Part shown: positions 25,901 to 37,490 of the stretch, one piece after another
Layout: every line of letters begins with the position of its first letter
How positions within the stretch are numbered: position 1 is the stretch's first letter
Assembly (NCBI RefSeq): GCF_001194135.2
Contig: NC_068994.1
Span: 5,770,726-5,834,725, forward strand
From: Octopus bimaculoides
Lineage: Eukaryota
DNA: 64,000 nt
Direction of reading: 5' to 3'
Position numbers and translations under genes: made by a program
Notes under the pieces: generated by a model
The model's database searches: none
Told to the model about the DNA's origin: nothing
Seen by the model: the letters and a program-made list of their open reading frames with translations, nothing else

Positions 25901-28255
25901 ACCAGCAATTTTTAGGGCAGGGGTTACTCAATACCATCAACCCCTGCACTTGACTGATACTATATTTGATGACCCTTGTCATGAAGTTCAGTGCTTTACA
26001 AATAGCATTTAATTTGTTTGTTTTTTTTTCTTCTTCTTTTGTAATTGCAGATCAACTTCAGGGCTTTGTTTCCTGACATGGAACAATCTTTCAAGAGTAG
26101 CTACAGATGCTATTCTGTTTCATTAATGAGAGAGCGAGAACGGGATGTGGAGAAAGGTGGCAAAAGTAAGTATTTTACTTCCGTCTTTATTCTGCTTTAA
26201 ATTTTGAGTATTTTATTGGTTTCAGCCAATGAACTGTGGCCATACTGGAGCACCGTCACTATCAATGGTATTTTGTTAATTATATCAAACCCAGCACTTG
26301 TGGCACCAGTACTTACCAATTCCAGAAGTATGGAAAGCTGTTAATACTCTCTTTTACTTATTTCAGTCATTTGACTGTGGCCATGCTGGAGCACCACCTT
26401 TTGGCGAAGAAATCGACCCCAGGACTTATTCTTTGTAAGCCTAGTACATATTCTATCGGTCTCTTTTGCTGAACCACTAAGTTACGGGGACGTAAATACA
26501 CCAGCATCGATTGACAAGCGATGTTGGGGGACAAACACAGACACACATACATATATATATATATATACGACGGGCTTCTTTCAGTTTCTGCCTACCAAAT
26601 CCACTCACAAGGCTTNNNNNNNNNNTATATATATATATATATACGACGGGCTTCTTTCAGTTTCTGCCTACCAAATCCACTCACAAGGCTTTGGTCGGCC
26701 CGAAGCTATAGTAGAAGACACTTGCAATTTGAACTCGGAACGTAAAGACTGACGAAATACCGGTAAGCGTTTCGCCCAGCATACTAACGATTCTGCCAGC
26801 TAAATATTTTTATAATGACTTATTACTCAAATGTTAAGTTATGGCTATCTGGTAAAAAATTTTGCTTAGTAACCATGTGGTTCCTGGTTCAGTCCCACTG
26901 CACAGTACCTTGAGTATGTATCTGTGTTTGTGTGTCCCCACCCCACCGCTTGACAACTGTGTTTATGTTTCCCGTAGCTTAGCAGTCCAGCAAAGGAGAC
27001 CGAAAGTACCAGTCTTGATTTGTCCGACTAAAACCCTTCGGGGCAGAACCCCAGCATGGCCGCAGTCAAGTGACTGTAACAAATAGAAGCAGAAAGTTTA
27101 TAATCTCCTCTAATGTTTGAAAGTCAACACTAGGAGTAAGCTACGCTGTTGATGTCTTCTTGAGAAATGAAGTGACTTCATTTGTATTAAATGTAATTTG
27201 TCTTTCTCTTCCAGTTATTATGCCAACATCAGCTCTGGACAAGTTGAGTAAGTATGATTTAACTCTTTTGTTTCCATACTTCCAATGAAACACATAATCT
27301 GGGGTTTTTTCTTGTACAGGTTCATGTATTATTTGTTTGTTTCTCTCCTCTTCATTTATTTGGCTGGGTTTTTTATTGATCTAACTACCAATACATACAA
27401 GGGGACCCAAAAGTAGGTTTACAGTTATTCAGCAATCTCTTTCACATTCATATATTAACAGTTTAGATCTTAATTACAAAAAAAAAATGAAACCATTATT
27501 CTATGGTAATTTAGTTAATTTCGTCAAGCTCCCTTTTCAGTTTGTAAAATAGATATTTAAATGTAATAAAATGTTTTAAAAGAAATTTAAAGTGCCTACG
27601 TGATAACTGTTAACCTACTTATTTTTTTTTCCCTCTTTGTAGCCCGGACGAAGATCATGTACCCTATGCTGTTCAAGCTTAGTAATGTTGAGAAAAACCG
27701 GCATACACACTGTGGTGTTTTAGAGTTTGTAGCTGATGAAGGACTTGTTTATCTACCATATTGGGTAAGATTTTTGCCCTCAATTAAGATATTTTAACCT
27801 CTCAACATACACATTGTTTTTCAATTTCCTTGCAGAAAGTATATTTTTTTATTCTTTATTTTGAATCTGTATATAAGGAAGAATAAATACATAAATTATT
27901 TTGGATCAGTCATGATTTATTATGAAGTTACTGATAGTTAAAGATAGAAAACGGGAATAACATCATAAACGAAGTATTTGGGGTTAGAAATTTTGTTCAT
28001 TAACTTTATTACTAACATTAAGGCAGTGAGCTGGCGGAATCGTTAGCACGCCAGGCAAAATGCTTCGTGGCATTTTGTCCATCTTTATGCTCTGAGTTCT
28101 AATTCTGCCGAGGTCAACTTTTCCTTTCATTCTTTCGGAGTCGATAAATTAAGTACCGGTCAAGTACTGGGGTTGATTTGATTGACTATCCCACTTCCCC
28201 ACAAATTCCAGGCCTTGTGCCTATAATAGAAAGGATCATCATTATTATTATTATT

Positions 28256-28292
<37 letters not shown>

Positions 28293-28326
28293 GCACCACC
28301 ACTATCACCATCACCATCATCATCAC

Positions 28327-28375
<49 letters not shown>

Positions 28376-30408
28376 GCAGCAAGCTGGCAGAATCATTAGC
28401 ACGTTGGACAAAATGTTTAGCGGTATTTCACCCATCGCTACGTTCTGAGTTCAAATTCCACCAAGGTCAACTTTGCCTTTCTTCCTGAAGGGTCGATGTA
28501 ATCAACTAGTCCCCTCCCCACAAATTTCAGACCGTGTGTCTATGGTAGAAAGATCTATTATTATTATTCTTTATTTGTTTTATTTTTATAGATGATGAAA
28601 AATCTACTTTTAGACGAAGGAACAAAACTCACTGTAGAAAATGTCAATTTGCCTGTTGCAACGTTTGCTAAGTTCCAGCCTCAACAAACAGAATTTCTTG
28701 ATATTTCAAATCCTAAAGCTGTGTATCCTTTTAAAATAAATTACATGTTGCTTTTGTTTAACCCCAGGTCTACCTCAATTCAGCCCAAAGACCTATGCCC
28801 AAAGATTTTCAATTCAAACCATCTTTCCTTTTGTATATCTAAGACATTATCCAATTTGTCCCTCTCTTTCAAAACAGTAAGGTGAAATTTGAGAGAGATT
28901 TGGTTGTTATTTCTTGCATGTTGTACAGCTACGTAGAAGCTTCCTCATTGACTCATAGGTAAGCCACATTGCTATGTTATATTTAAGGGCACTGAATGGA
29001 ATAATCAGTGAAGTGACAGACAAAATTCCTTCAAGAGAGAACATTGCGAAAATATATGTATAAATTAATAGAAGGTGTTGAGAGGGTATGTATGTTAAAG
29101 GGTAAAGACCCCCTTCGGTCATGACTGACCATGGGATTGCACCTAGAAAGTTACCTTCCGAGGCACAAGTCCGGGCAAGGTTATTTATGGAAGACCAGCA
29201 GTCGCCCATGCATGCCAGCCTCCCCTCTCTACGCTACTGATGATATCCAAGGGAAAGGCAAAGGGGCCGATACAGCTTGGCACCAGTGATGTTGCAACTC
29301 ATTTCTACAGCTGAGTGAACTGGAGCAAAGTGAAATAAAGTGTCTTGCTCAAGAACACAACACGCAGCCTGGTCTGGGAATCGAACTCACAACCTCGCCA
29401 TGCGCCTATATATCTTATAATTATAGACATGATTGTGTGGTAAGAATCTTGCTTCCTATCCACATATTTGCAGGTTCAGTCTTGCGTGGCACTGTGGGCA
29501 AGTGTCTTCTACCATAGCCTCGGACTGGCCAAAGCCTTGCGAGTGGATTTGGTAGATGGAAACTAATGGAAGCCTGTTATATGTGTGTGTGTTTGACCTC
29601 ATCACCACCACAGCTTGACAACTGTCGCTGGTGTGTTTGTGTCCCTGTAACGTAGCAGTTTAGCAAAAGAGAATGATAGACTAAAACTTTTTCACAGCAG
29701 TACCCCAGCATGGCTGCAATCCAATGACTGAAACAAGTAAAACATAAAATTTATGTAAATGATGATTTCTCCTTAATTCTTCGTGAAGGTTAGAGAATGC
29801 TCTAAGAAACTTTGCCTGTCTTACCGTTGGAGATGTTGTTGCCATAAAATATAACGACAAGGTAAGTGTAAATACTTGACATCTTCCGTGTGTTGTCCAT
29901 TTTGGTTTGGCTAAGGAAAAACATATTCTGTATAGAAGTGGACATTGTTTTCTTCAGTGGTTTTCCTACCTTCCCTTTCACCTCCCCCTTGCCTTCCTCT
30001 CACTTTACATTCACACCTGCTCACCATCCTCCTGCACACTCCTTACCCCACACTTTTACACCTCAAGAAATCACTTCACCCCATACCACTCACACCCACC
30101 TTCCCTTATGCCTATCTTCATAAAGGATACCTCCCTACACATGCACACACGACCCCATTTCCTCTTCTCTAACCCCCTCCTCCTCATAGAACTACTTTCC
30201 CACCCAGCCTTTTAATCCCTTTTTTTTTTTTATCTTTCCCATCACCTTTCCTCTTGTTTTCTTCTCAGTCTTTCCTTTTTCTGATGAAGGACTAATGTCC
30301 AAAACTTTAAACACACTTTCGCTTCCTTTCATGTTTTATACTCATAACACCTTTGTTAAAACTTGTCTGCTCTTCGAGGATGTGTGTGTACATATATGTC
30401 TTGTTGCA

Positions 30409-30443
<35 letters not shown>

Positions 30444-32116
30444 GCATGCATGTTTGTGTATGTGTGTGTGTGTGTATATAATGTGAATAAAGTTGTGCCT
30501 GTCAAACTCAAATAAAACCTTGGAAACATCTTTGACAATCACTGAGGAAACAACAACAATATATAAAACATATTATCCAGGCATGTGCCATCAGTAATTA
30601 CTCAGGGTAGGCAGTAGTTGGTGATGTTTATATAGTAAAACACAAGAAAATAAGCAAAATACAGGCACATGACTGAGCTGTAGGCAAATTTACTTCTGCC
30701 TTTATAGTACATAAAGAAAACATTGTTGTAGGAATGTCCACAGCACGTGTACTACAGCAGTTCTATGCATAGCTTTAATACTAAGATTGAAAGGCAAGAA
30801 CAAATTATGCCTAACTAATCTACAAAAAATAAAATATTTTGTATTTTATGCATGGTAATCAGAGTAACCTTCATAATTTTATTGAATTAGGTGCATATTT
30901 TGCCATTACTATCGATCTATTTTATTCAGGGTAGGCACTGCCTACCTTGCCTACATACCCAGGTGGCACGTCCCTGGTATTATTCATTCCTGTTCTAAAT
31001 TGTCTTTATTCTTATTGTATTTTCTCACAGATATATGAATTATGTGTCCTTGAAACAAAACCTGGTCCTGCTGTGTCAATCATTGAATGTGATATGAATG
31101 TAAGTACCCCCATTGCTGGGGATCTTTATTGTTTCTCAGACTTTCACATGAAAGATATATTTCATTGAGAGTACAAATATACTTTTTTATTTGTTTAGTT
31201 TAGTCCATGGTAAAAGGAGTATGCTCCTGATCTTTTGTAAGGGCTTCAAAACTTGTGGGAGAAAATTCATCCCAGACAAGAATCTTGCAAACCAAACACA
31301 AAAACGAAAAAGAAATTCATGCTTTTTTAATTACATCTTCTTCCAGGTTGAATTTGCTCCACCTGTTGGCTATCAAGAACCTCACTCAATGCATAAAACA
31401 TCTTCAGATGAAGAAGAAGATAAAGACCATGAGGTAACTTCCATAAGATATCGTTAAATGCATGTCTTATCATCATCATCGTCTTCATTGTCGTCATTGT
31501 TCAATTTTCACTTTTCCACAATTGCATGAGTCACAGAATTTTTTTGAGGAAGATTTTCGACAGCTCAGTGTGTGTGTATACGTTTGTGTGTCTATGTTTG
31601 TCCCCCCAACATCGCTTGGCAACCAGTGCTGGTGTGCTTACATCCCCGTAACTTAGCAGTTCGGCAAAGGAGACCGATAGAATAAGTACTAGGCATCCAA
31701 AGAATAAGTCCTGGGGTCGATTTGCTCAACTAAAGGCGGTGCTCCAGCATGGCCGCAGTCAAATGACTGAAACAAGTAAAAGAGTCTGTTATAAAATTAT
31801 CTCATTATCTAATGTCTAAAGATAAACAAACTGTTATTTAGCCCCTAGAAACCCCTAACTGCCCACACAGAATCAAAGATGTTCCGGTGGTTGGAGATCT
31901 TTTTGCTATGACAAAGGCATCTTTGCCACAAACATGCTACACCCAGATTCACTTCGTCCTAAACATCATTATATCTTTATGTAGAACTTCCTTCAGTGAC
32001 TCATATAAAAGATAAAATTAAATAAATAAGATGGCATTGTATGTTAAAATGTAATTGGTAAATTTTACATTAAATGTAAATTTAATAAATAAATTTTACG
32101 TATTTAAATGACATTA

Positions 32117-32157
<41 letters not shown>

Positions 32158-34901
32158 GCTAGATTACCTCAGACTCACAGCAAACAGCACCACAATTCTG
32201 TGTAAGTAACTCAACTATATATAATCATCATCATCATCATTATCATTATCATCATCATCATTATCATCATCATCATTAAATGTCTGTATTCTATGTTGGT
32301 GTGTGTTGAACAGCTCAACAGGATCTGAGAAGTGAGGAAACTGCATCAAGCCCCCAGTGTCTGCTCTCACAGGGGTTTCTACAACTGGATGGCCCTTTCT
32401 AATGCCAACCATTTTGCAGTGTGTACTGGGTGCTCTTTTCCTGGCATTGGCACTAATGAGGTTGCCTGGTAACTTGTAAGACAAGCTCCCATGACAGAAT
32501 GAGCATATATGTATGTACATACATACATACATACATACATACATACAACAGGCTTCTTTTAATTTCTATTGATCATATTCACTCACAAGGCTTTTGTTAA
32601 GCTGGGGCTGTAGTTGAAGACATTTGCCCAAAGTGCCATACAATGGGATTGAACCCACTTTCCACCTATCAAATGTCTTTCACAAGGCTTTGGTTGGTTT
32701 GAAACTACAATAGAAGATATGATACATTGGGATTGAACCCATGTCTTCACAGTTGTGGAACAAGTGAGCCTCTGCACAGCCATGCCTGCTCAACTGGAAG
32801 AAATCCTTTAACATTTTAGCATTTAAACTGACTAAATCCAGCCCAAATATTCTCCCTGTTTTATGTTCAAACTGACCAGATCTGGTCTCTTACACCTACC
32901 CGACAATGTCATTCAAAAGCTAAACAATCATATCATTCAAATGTCAAAACTCTGATATAACACATGATTAATTTGAGACAAAGTTAATGAATAAACATTA
33001 AAGCTGACAGTTGTCCCTTGGATTTTTTTTTTACTTGCTTTGATTTTTTTTTTTCTTCTCTTTGACAGGCATTCACTGGGGAAGGAAACCGACTCGATGG
33101 CAAGAAAAAAATATCTGACACTGAACCCGTCATTGCTCAGCCTGCCACTCATAAACGGTATGTATGCTATTTGTGTCAGTAATTATGTATTTTAGTTATG
33201 TCAGTAATTATTGAAGTGTCATTTAGTCCATGTACAAGATTTTACAATGGTTGATATAAAGGAGTTGTTTATGGAAGGAACAATTGAACAATAAACAATA
33301 TATCACTCAGAAACGTTAGCAAGCCAGACGAAATGCTTAGCGGTATTTCGTCTGTCTTTATGTTCTGAGTTCAAATTCCACCGAGGTCGACTTTGCCTTT
33401 CATCCTTTCGGGATCAATAAATTAAGTACCAGTTGCGAACTGGGGTCGATCTAATTGACTGGTCCCCTCCCCCAAAATTTCAGGCCTTGTTCCCAGAAGA
33501 GAAAAGATTATATTCATCTGTCTTTATGTTCTTAGTTCAAATTCTGCCTGGGTCGACTTTGCCTTTCATCCTTTCGGGGTTGATGAATTAAGTCCCAGTC
33601 AAGTACTGGGGTTGATCTAATTGACTGGTCCCCCTCCCCAAAAATTTCGAGCTTTGTTCCTAGAGGAGAAAAGAATATATCACTTAACAATCCTATCTGC
33701 ATCTAAAACAATAATTAAGTTTGTTAATCTATTAAATATAGAAAGTATTAAAAACTTAATGAGAAATAATTAAGTGGCAAGTGAGCGGGGAAGAATAATT
33801 TTTCTATCTGTGTGTCTATATATATATATTATCAATTTGTCTATAATTTATCTATTTATATGTCTTTCTATCTCTTTGCCTATCTATCCATCCAGTGGTA
33901 TTCCTAATTATGATTACAAACCAGGGAGTATTACATTCATCAGAACTGTTCGTCCAACAAATGCAAATAATGTAAGTATTAACACGGTTATTATAATTAC
34001 ATAAAATATATCATTATTATTATTATTATTATTTTCCCTTGCCAAATTTCCTGCTCTTATCTTATATACAGACACACCATCGTGGTCATCATCATTATTT
34101 CCCGCTATCTCTGCCTACAACAGACCTCAGTCAAACCATCCAACCCTTGCCAGCATAGAAAATGGACGTTAAACGATGATGATGATGATGATGACAATAT
34201 GTATATAAGTATATGAAGGCAACATTGCTCAGTGGTTTGAGCATCAGGCTCACAATCATGTAGTAGTGAGTTCGATTCTTGGAACAGGTTCTGTGTTGTG
34301 TTCTTGAGCAAGACACTTTATTTCACATAGCTCCAGTTCACTCTGCTGTAGAAATGAGTGGCAGCATCAATGGTGCCAAGCTGTATCAGCCTTTGCCTTT
34401 CCCTTGGATAACATCAGTGGCATGGAGAGGGGAGCCTGGTATACATGGGCAGCTTCTGTTCTTCCATAAACAACTTAGTCTGGACTTGTGCTTTGGTGGG
34501 GATCTTTCTAGGTGCAATCCCATGGTCATTCATGACCAAAGAGGGTCTTTACCCTTTATATATATATGAAGTGTGGGTGTGGTTGCTGGTGGTGCTATGT
34601 AACAAGCATTTTGTACACTGGGGAGTAGTTGGTGTTAGGAAGGCCATCCCGCCATAGAAACCAAGCCAAAACAGACTCTGGAACCTGGTGCAGCCCCTGG
34701 CTTTGCCAGTTCCTGCTAAGCCATCCAACCCATGCCAGCATGGAAAAACGAACATTAAATGTTAAATGTTATTGATGTATGTAAATATGCATGTATGTAT
34801 TTTTATTTATATTTTGTTGTTTTTTGTTTTGTTTTTTGTAGCAGGTTATGAAGTTTAAATTTGAAGCTTTCTCAGGAACTGGTGAAGTCCTCACTAAGTA
34901 A
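20449..34901 (+). CDS. UFD1: Ubiquitin recognition factor in ERAD 1 (UFD1, p97/VCP cofactor), 297 aa. Exons: 20449-20451, 26051-26165, 27215-27247, 27643-27764, 28592-28722, 29789-29861, 31031-31099, 31347-31433, 32163-32201, 33069-33157, 33896-33971, 34845-34901
   Basis: Spliced ORF of 894 nt carries the UFD1 hallmarks [77 protein letters not shown] and two SHP-box-like motifs ([20 protein letters not shown]). All phases agree. Confidence 0.97.
22690..22850 (-). mobile_element. Penelope-like terminal-repeat fragment with a hammerhead-like motif; second copy at 44400-44600
   Basis: The two copies align (ACAACAGACGA.GACAGGTGGTGTAAA...GAAAGTCTTT..CGTTTCGAGC.TACGCTCTTCAACAGAAAGAA); minus strand folds as a minimal type I hammerhead. 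Confidence 0.6.
23706..23940 (-). mobile_element. tRNA-derived SINE, family B, young copy nested in a family A copy. Other copies at about 4610-4725(+), 8315-8540(+), 11130-11310(-), 15015-15215(+), 21655-21795(+), 28020-28235(+), 28375-28555(+), 33310-33690(+), 35340-36050(- array), 41455-41590(+), 58850-59010(-)
   Basis: Head GGCGGCGAGCTGGCAGAAACGTTAGC; core GACTTTGCCTTTCATCCTTTCGGGGGTCGATAAA (resembles Nin/Deu-type SINE domains, by recollection); 11-bp TSD GTCCTTATTCT at 23695-23705 and 23941-23951. Confidence 0.9.
25150..25410 (-). mobile_element. SINE/LINE-tail repeat family C ending in (ATG)n; other copies near 22560-22675(+), 32280-32470(-), 34105-34195(-), 34630-34770(+), 61470-61590(+)
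   Basis: Shared GGAAGGGCATCCAGCTGTAGAAAC...GTCAAACCGTCCAACCCATGCCAGCATGGAAA..GGACGTTAAA(TGA)n. Confidence 0.75.
26051..26165 (+). CDS. UFD1: UFD1 coding exon 2
   Basis: [38 protein letters not shown]; tgcag / gtaagt. Confidence 0.95.
27215..27247 (+). CDS. UFD1: UFD1 coding exon 3
   Basis: (I)[10 protein letters not shown]; ccag / gtaagt. Confidence 0.93.
   Translation, partial: LLCQHQLWTS
27643..27764 (+). CDS. UFD1: UFD1 coding exon 4
   Basis: (T)[40 protein letters not shown]. Confidence 0.97.
28240..28375. repeat. (ATC)n microsatellite; similar tracts at 32222-32278, 49170-49290, 52300-52390 and 57100-57620
   Basis: Direct sequence inspection. Confidence 0.95.
28592..28722 (+). CDS. 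UFD1: UFD1 coding exon 5
   Basis: [43 protein letters not shown](V); donor GTATCCTTT. Confidence 0.97.
28723..29788 (+). other. UFD1: U12-type (minor spliceosome) GT-AG intron of UFD1
   Basis: 5' splice site GTATCCTTT; branch site TCCTTAAT at 29770-29777, about 10 nt before the AG; no polypyrimidine tract. Confidence 0.9.
29060..29410 (-). mobile_element. tRNA-derived SINE, family E (CORE-like block); forward copy at 34215-34560
   Basis: The two copies align in inverted orientation over about 330 bp; GTGTTCTTGAGCAAGACACTTTATTTCAC block and B-box GAGTTCGATTC. Confidence 0.75.
29789..29861 (+). CDS. UFD1: UFD1 coding exon 6
   Basis: [24 protein letters not shown]; gtaagt donor. Confidence 0.96.
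30577..30977. mobile_element. MITE-like element, about 400 bp
   Basis: Imperfect TIRs CCAGGCATGTGCCATC / GGTGGCACGTCCCTGG, subterminal GGTAGGCAGT / ACTGCCTACC, TAT on both flanks. Confidence 0.5.
31031..31099 (+). CDS. UFD1: UFD1 coding exon 7
   Basis: [23 protein letters not shown]. Confidence 0.97.
31347..31433 (+). CDS. UFD1: UFD1 coding exon 8
   Basis: [29 protein letters not shown]. Confidence 0.95.
32163..32201 (+). CDS. UFD1: UFD1 coding exon 9 (39 nt, poorly conserved linker)
   Basis: Very long poly-T tract + ctag acceptor; [13 protein letters not shown]; gtaagt donor; phase 0-0; ends just before the AFTG motif. Confidence 0.8.
32808..33010 (+). mobile_element. TTAA-type non-autonomous DNA element fragment; related copy at 51300-51500
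   Basis: Shared CAGATCTGG.CTCT.ACACCTA.CC.ACAATGTC.TTC.AAAA block; the 51.3 kb copy ends TAAAGGGTCA. Confidence 0.55.
33069..33157 (+). CDS. UFD1: UFD1 coding exon 10
   Basis: [29 protein letters not shown](R). Confidence 0.95.
33896..33971 (+). CDS. UFD1: UFD1 coding exon 11
   Basis: [25 protein letters not shown]. Confidence 0.95.
34845..34901 (+). CDS. UFD1: UFD1 last coding exon (alternative acceptor 34842)
   Basis: [18 protein letters not shown]; TAGCAG tandem acceptor; AATAAA at 34990-34995. Confidence 0.88.
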   Translation, partial: VMKFKFEAFSGTGEVLTK

Positions 34902-34989
34902 AGAATTATTTATTATCTTGCATTGTTTTTTTCTTTTTTTTTTTTTTTTTTTCACACTTCAAAATCTATGACTGCAACTTAACTAGTTG

Positions 34990-34995
34990 AATAAA
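34990..34995 (+). promoter_or_regulatory. Candidate UFD1 polyadenylation signal
   Basis: AATAAA about 90 nt after the stop, followed by a T/GT-rich stretch near 35010-35035. Confidence 0.5.
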
Positions 34996-35350
34996 ATCTC
35001 ATTAAATTTTGATTCTGGTGTTGTTTCTGTTCTGTTGTAAAAAGAGAGAAAGTATGGTAGCACCTTAACGCTACCTTACGAAATGAAACTGGCTTAATTC
35101 ATGAGGAATTCATGGAATAGATTGAATAAGTACTAGATAGAATATAATTACTTGCCTCAGGCTTTAATGTCTTGCTTTGCTTTTCCCCTTTCAAGCTGAA
35201 TATTTTTTGTAACACAACACACTGCACACATAATCACAATTACAGTTCATCTGTTTATTTGTTACATCGCATGTGGTGAACAATGGCATTGTTGGATAAA
35301 TGTTTCCATTGAACAATCACTGGTTCACTGTATTTATGATGATGATGATG

Positions 35351-35720
35351 ATCCTTTCTACTAAAGGCACAAGGCCTGAAATTTGTGGGGACTGGTACTT
35401 AATTTATCGACCCTGCAAGGATAAAAGGCAAAGTCGACTGCAGTGAAACTTGAACTCAGAAGGTAGCTACAGGTGAAATATTGCTAAGCATTCCATCCAA
35501 TGTGCTAACGATTCTGCCAGCTCACCATGATAACGATCCTTTCTACTATAGGCACAAGGCCTGAAATTTGTGGGGACTGGTACTTAATTTATCGACCCTG
35601 CAAGGATAAAAGGCAAAGTCGACTGCAGTGAAACTTGAACTCAGAAGGTAGCTACAGGTGAAATATTGCTAAGCATTCCATCCAATGTGCTAACGATTCT
35701 GCCAGCTCACCATGATAACG
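35351..35720 (-). repeat. Two near-identical 185-bp tandem copies of a family B SINE, followed by two older copies to about 36050
   Basis: Unit starts at 35351, 35536, 35721 and 35929. Confidence 0.9.
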
Positions 35721-36303
35721 ATTCTTTCTACTATAGGCACAAGGCCTGAAATTGTGTGTGTTGGGCAGGGGGGCATAACTGGTATTTATTTCATCAACCC
35801 CAAAAGGATGAAAGGCAAAGTCTACCTTGGTGGAATTTGAACTCAGAACATAAAGATGGATGAAATGCTGCTAAGCATTTTACCCAGGGTGTTAACGATT
35901 CTGCCAGCTCACCATAATAATAATAATAATCCTTTCTACTATAGGCACAAGGCCTGAAATTTTGTGGGAGGGTGTAAGTCAATTACATTGACCCAGTACA
36001 CAACTGGTACTTTATTTTATCAACTCCAAAAAGATGAAAGGCCAAGTTGAGATCACTGCCTTCTTAATAGTAACGATGATGATGATGATGGTGGTGAGTT
36101 TATTGTATGCAGTGCTCAGGTGTATTACACACCATCGGAGAGTGACAAGGGAGTAGCTGTGCAATGCAGGAGGAAACAAATACCACACAATATATATATA
36201 TATATATAATTCATTTAAAATACAGAGATGCCTATGATAGGACATCTGACCCGCTAGAAAGAGCAGCAAAAAACTCTATACCACAAAAAATAGGAATAAT
36301 TTC

Positions 36304-36352
<49 letters not shown>

Positions 36353-37079
36353 CCCAAAGCCTTGAATACATCATACATGATGTTGTCATCATTGTTTTAC
36401 TCCTGCGTCTTCATGTCAGTGTTGGTTAGGTCATCACAGACCAAATCAGTTCTTATTTGGAGTCATCAGAAAAGAACAGGAACTACATCTTCTTCATGCA
36501 TTTCATTTTCGATGTTTTCTTCACCTGGATACCTTCCTTGTCAATAAATACAAAATCACTAACTGGAGAACCATGTATTTTAATAAATAAAAATAAAAAT
36601 CTTTTTATCACAGAAAATGTTTCTATTTTATTTTGGAGCTGAAATATCTATATCTTTGTTGTTGTTGTTGTTTTTTTTTGGGGGGGGGGGTATTTTATTT
36701 TTAGGAATGTCAATATTGTCAAGTAGTTTTCCATACAAAGTTTTAAAAATCAATAATCATCAATGAAGCATGATTGTATACAACACTGGAACCATTGAAA
36801 TGCTTCCATTCTTTCAATACCAAAAGCACAAACCTGTTTCTTGATCACAGAACAATTAATAACAATTAACAAATGACATTATCTACAATTACCAAAGTGA
36901 TCTTAATTATAAACAAAAATCAAATTTAACCAAAGAAGGAATTTCTACCTGGCCACAGACTGCAGAAATAGCATCTAAATTTCTCTCAACTCAAACCCTA
37001 TTTTCTTAAAAAAGACAGAAAGAACATGTTTGCTGATGTAGTCCAAGATAAACTATGACTATGAAAAGATGCTTATTTT

Positions 37080-37490
37080 CTGCAAATCAAGGTCAGGTCT
37101 GGTATAATAGGGGCATGCACCATTGCGGTGCATTGCTGCATCCACCATTTGTCAGTATTTGCTCAGGTCATCCTGAGCAGTGCCCCAGTCAGTCTTCGTC
37201 TCTGTGAGATACATCCACACCCATTGTAACCATGTGCCATGTGGTCGACCATCAACCTAGCCCAATCCTCAAGGAAGAGAACACAACATGCAGGATCTAA
37301 CATCCACATCAGAAAATCGAGCAACATAACGAAACGGTGTGAGCCAATGCTCCTGAATCATATAAAGATTCATCCCAGTTTCTGAGCAGAGTCCTTGGGT
37401 GAATATGACATCTGACCAATGGGAATCCAGAAACCTGCAAAGCACCATGGCACCAAAGAAGTTCTGGCTCACAGCTTTAAATGTCTCCTG
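37080..37490 (-). mobile_element. Decayed 3' end of an RTE-like LINE
   Basis: Minus frame IQEHWLTPFRYVARFSD...GRPHGTWLQ...MVDAAMHRNGACPY with stops, matching the RTE RT C-terminal RQLRFFGHVARL...GRP..TW pattern. Confidence 0.55.

Noticed and set aside
26561-26690. Tandem duplication of a SINE segment
   Set aside because: Identical sequence on both sides of a 10-N gap: a contig-overlap artefact.
35351-36050. CRISPR-like repeat array
   Set aside because: Eukaryotic context; the units are whole SINE copies without unique spacers; no cas genes.
36390-36536. Selenoprotein read-through of TGA-TGA (VLF**LQIRTDLVCDD)
   Set aside because: No known selenoprotein motif, no SECIS found downstream, and the exon itself is unproven.
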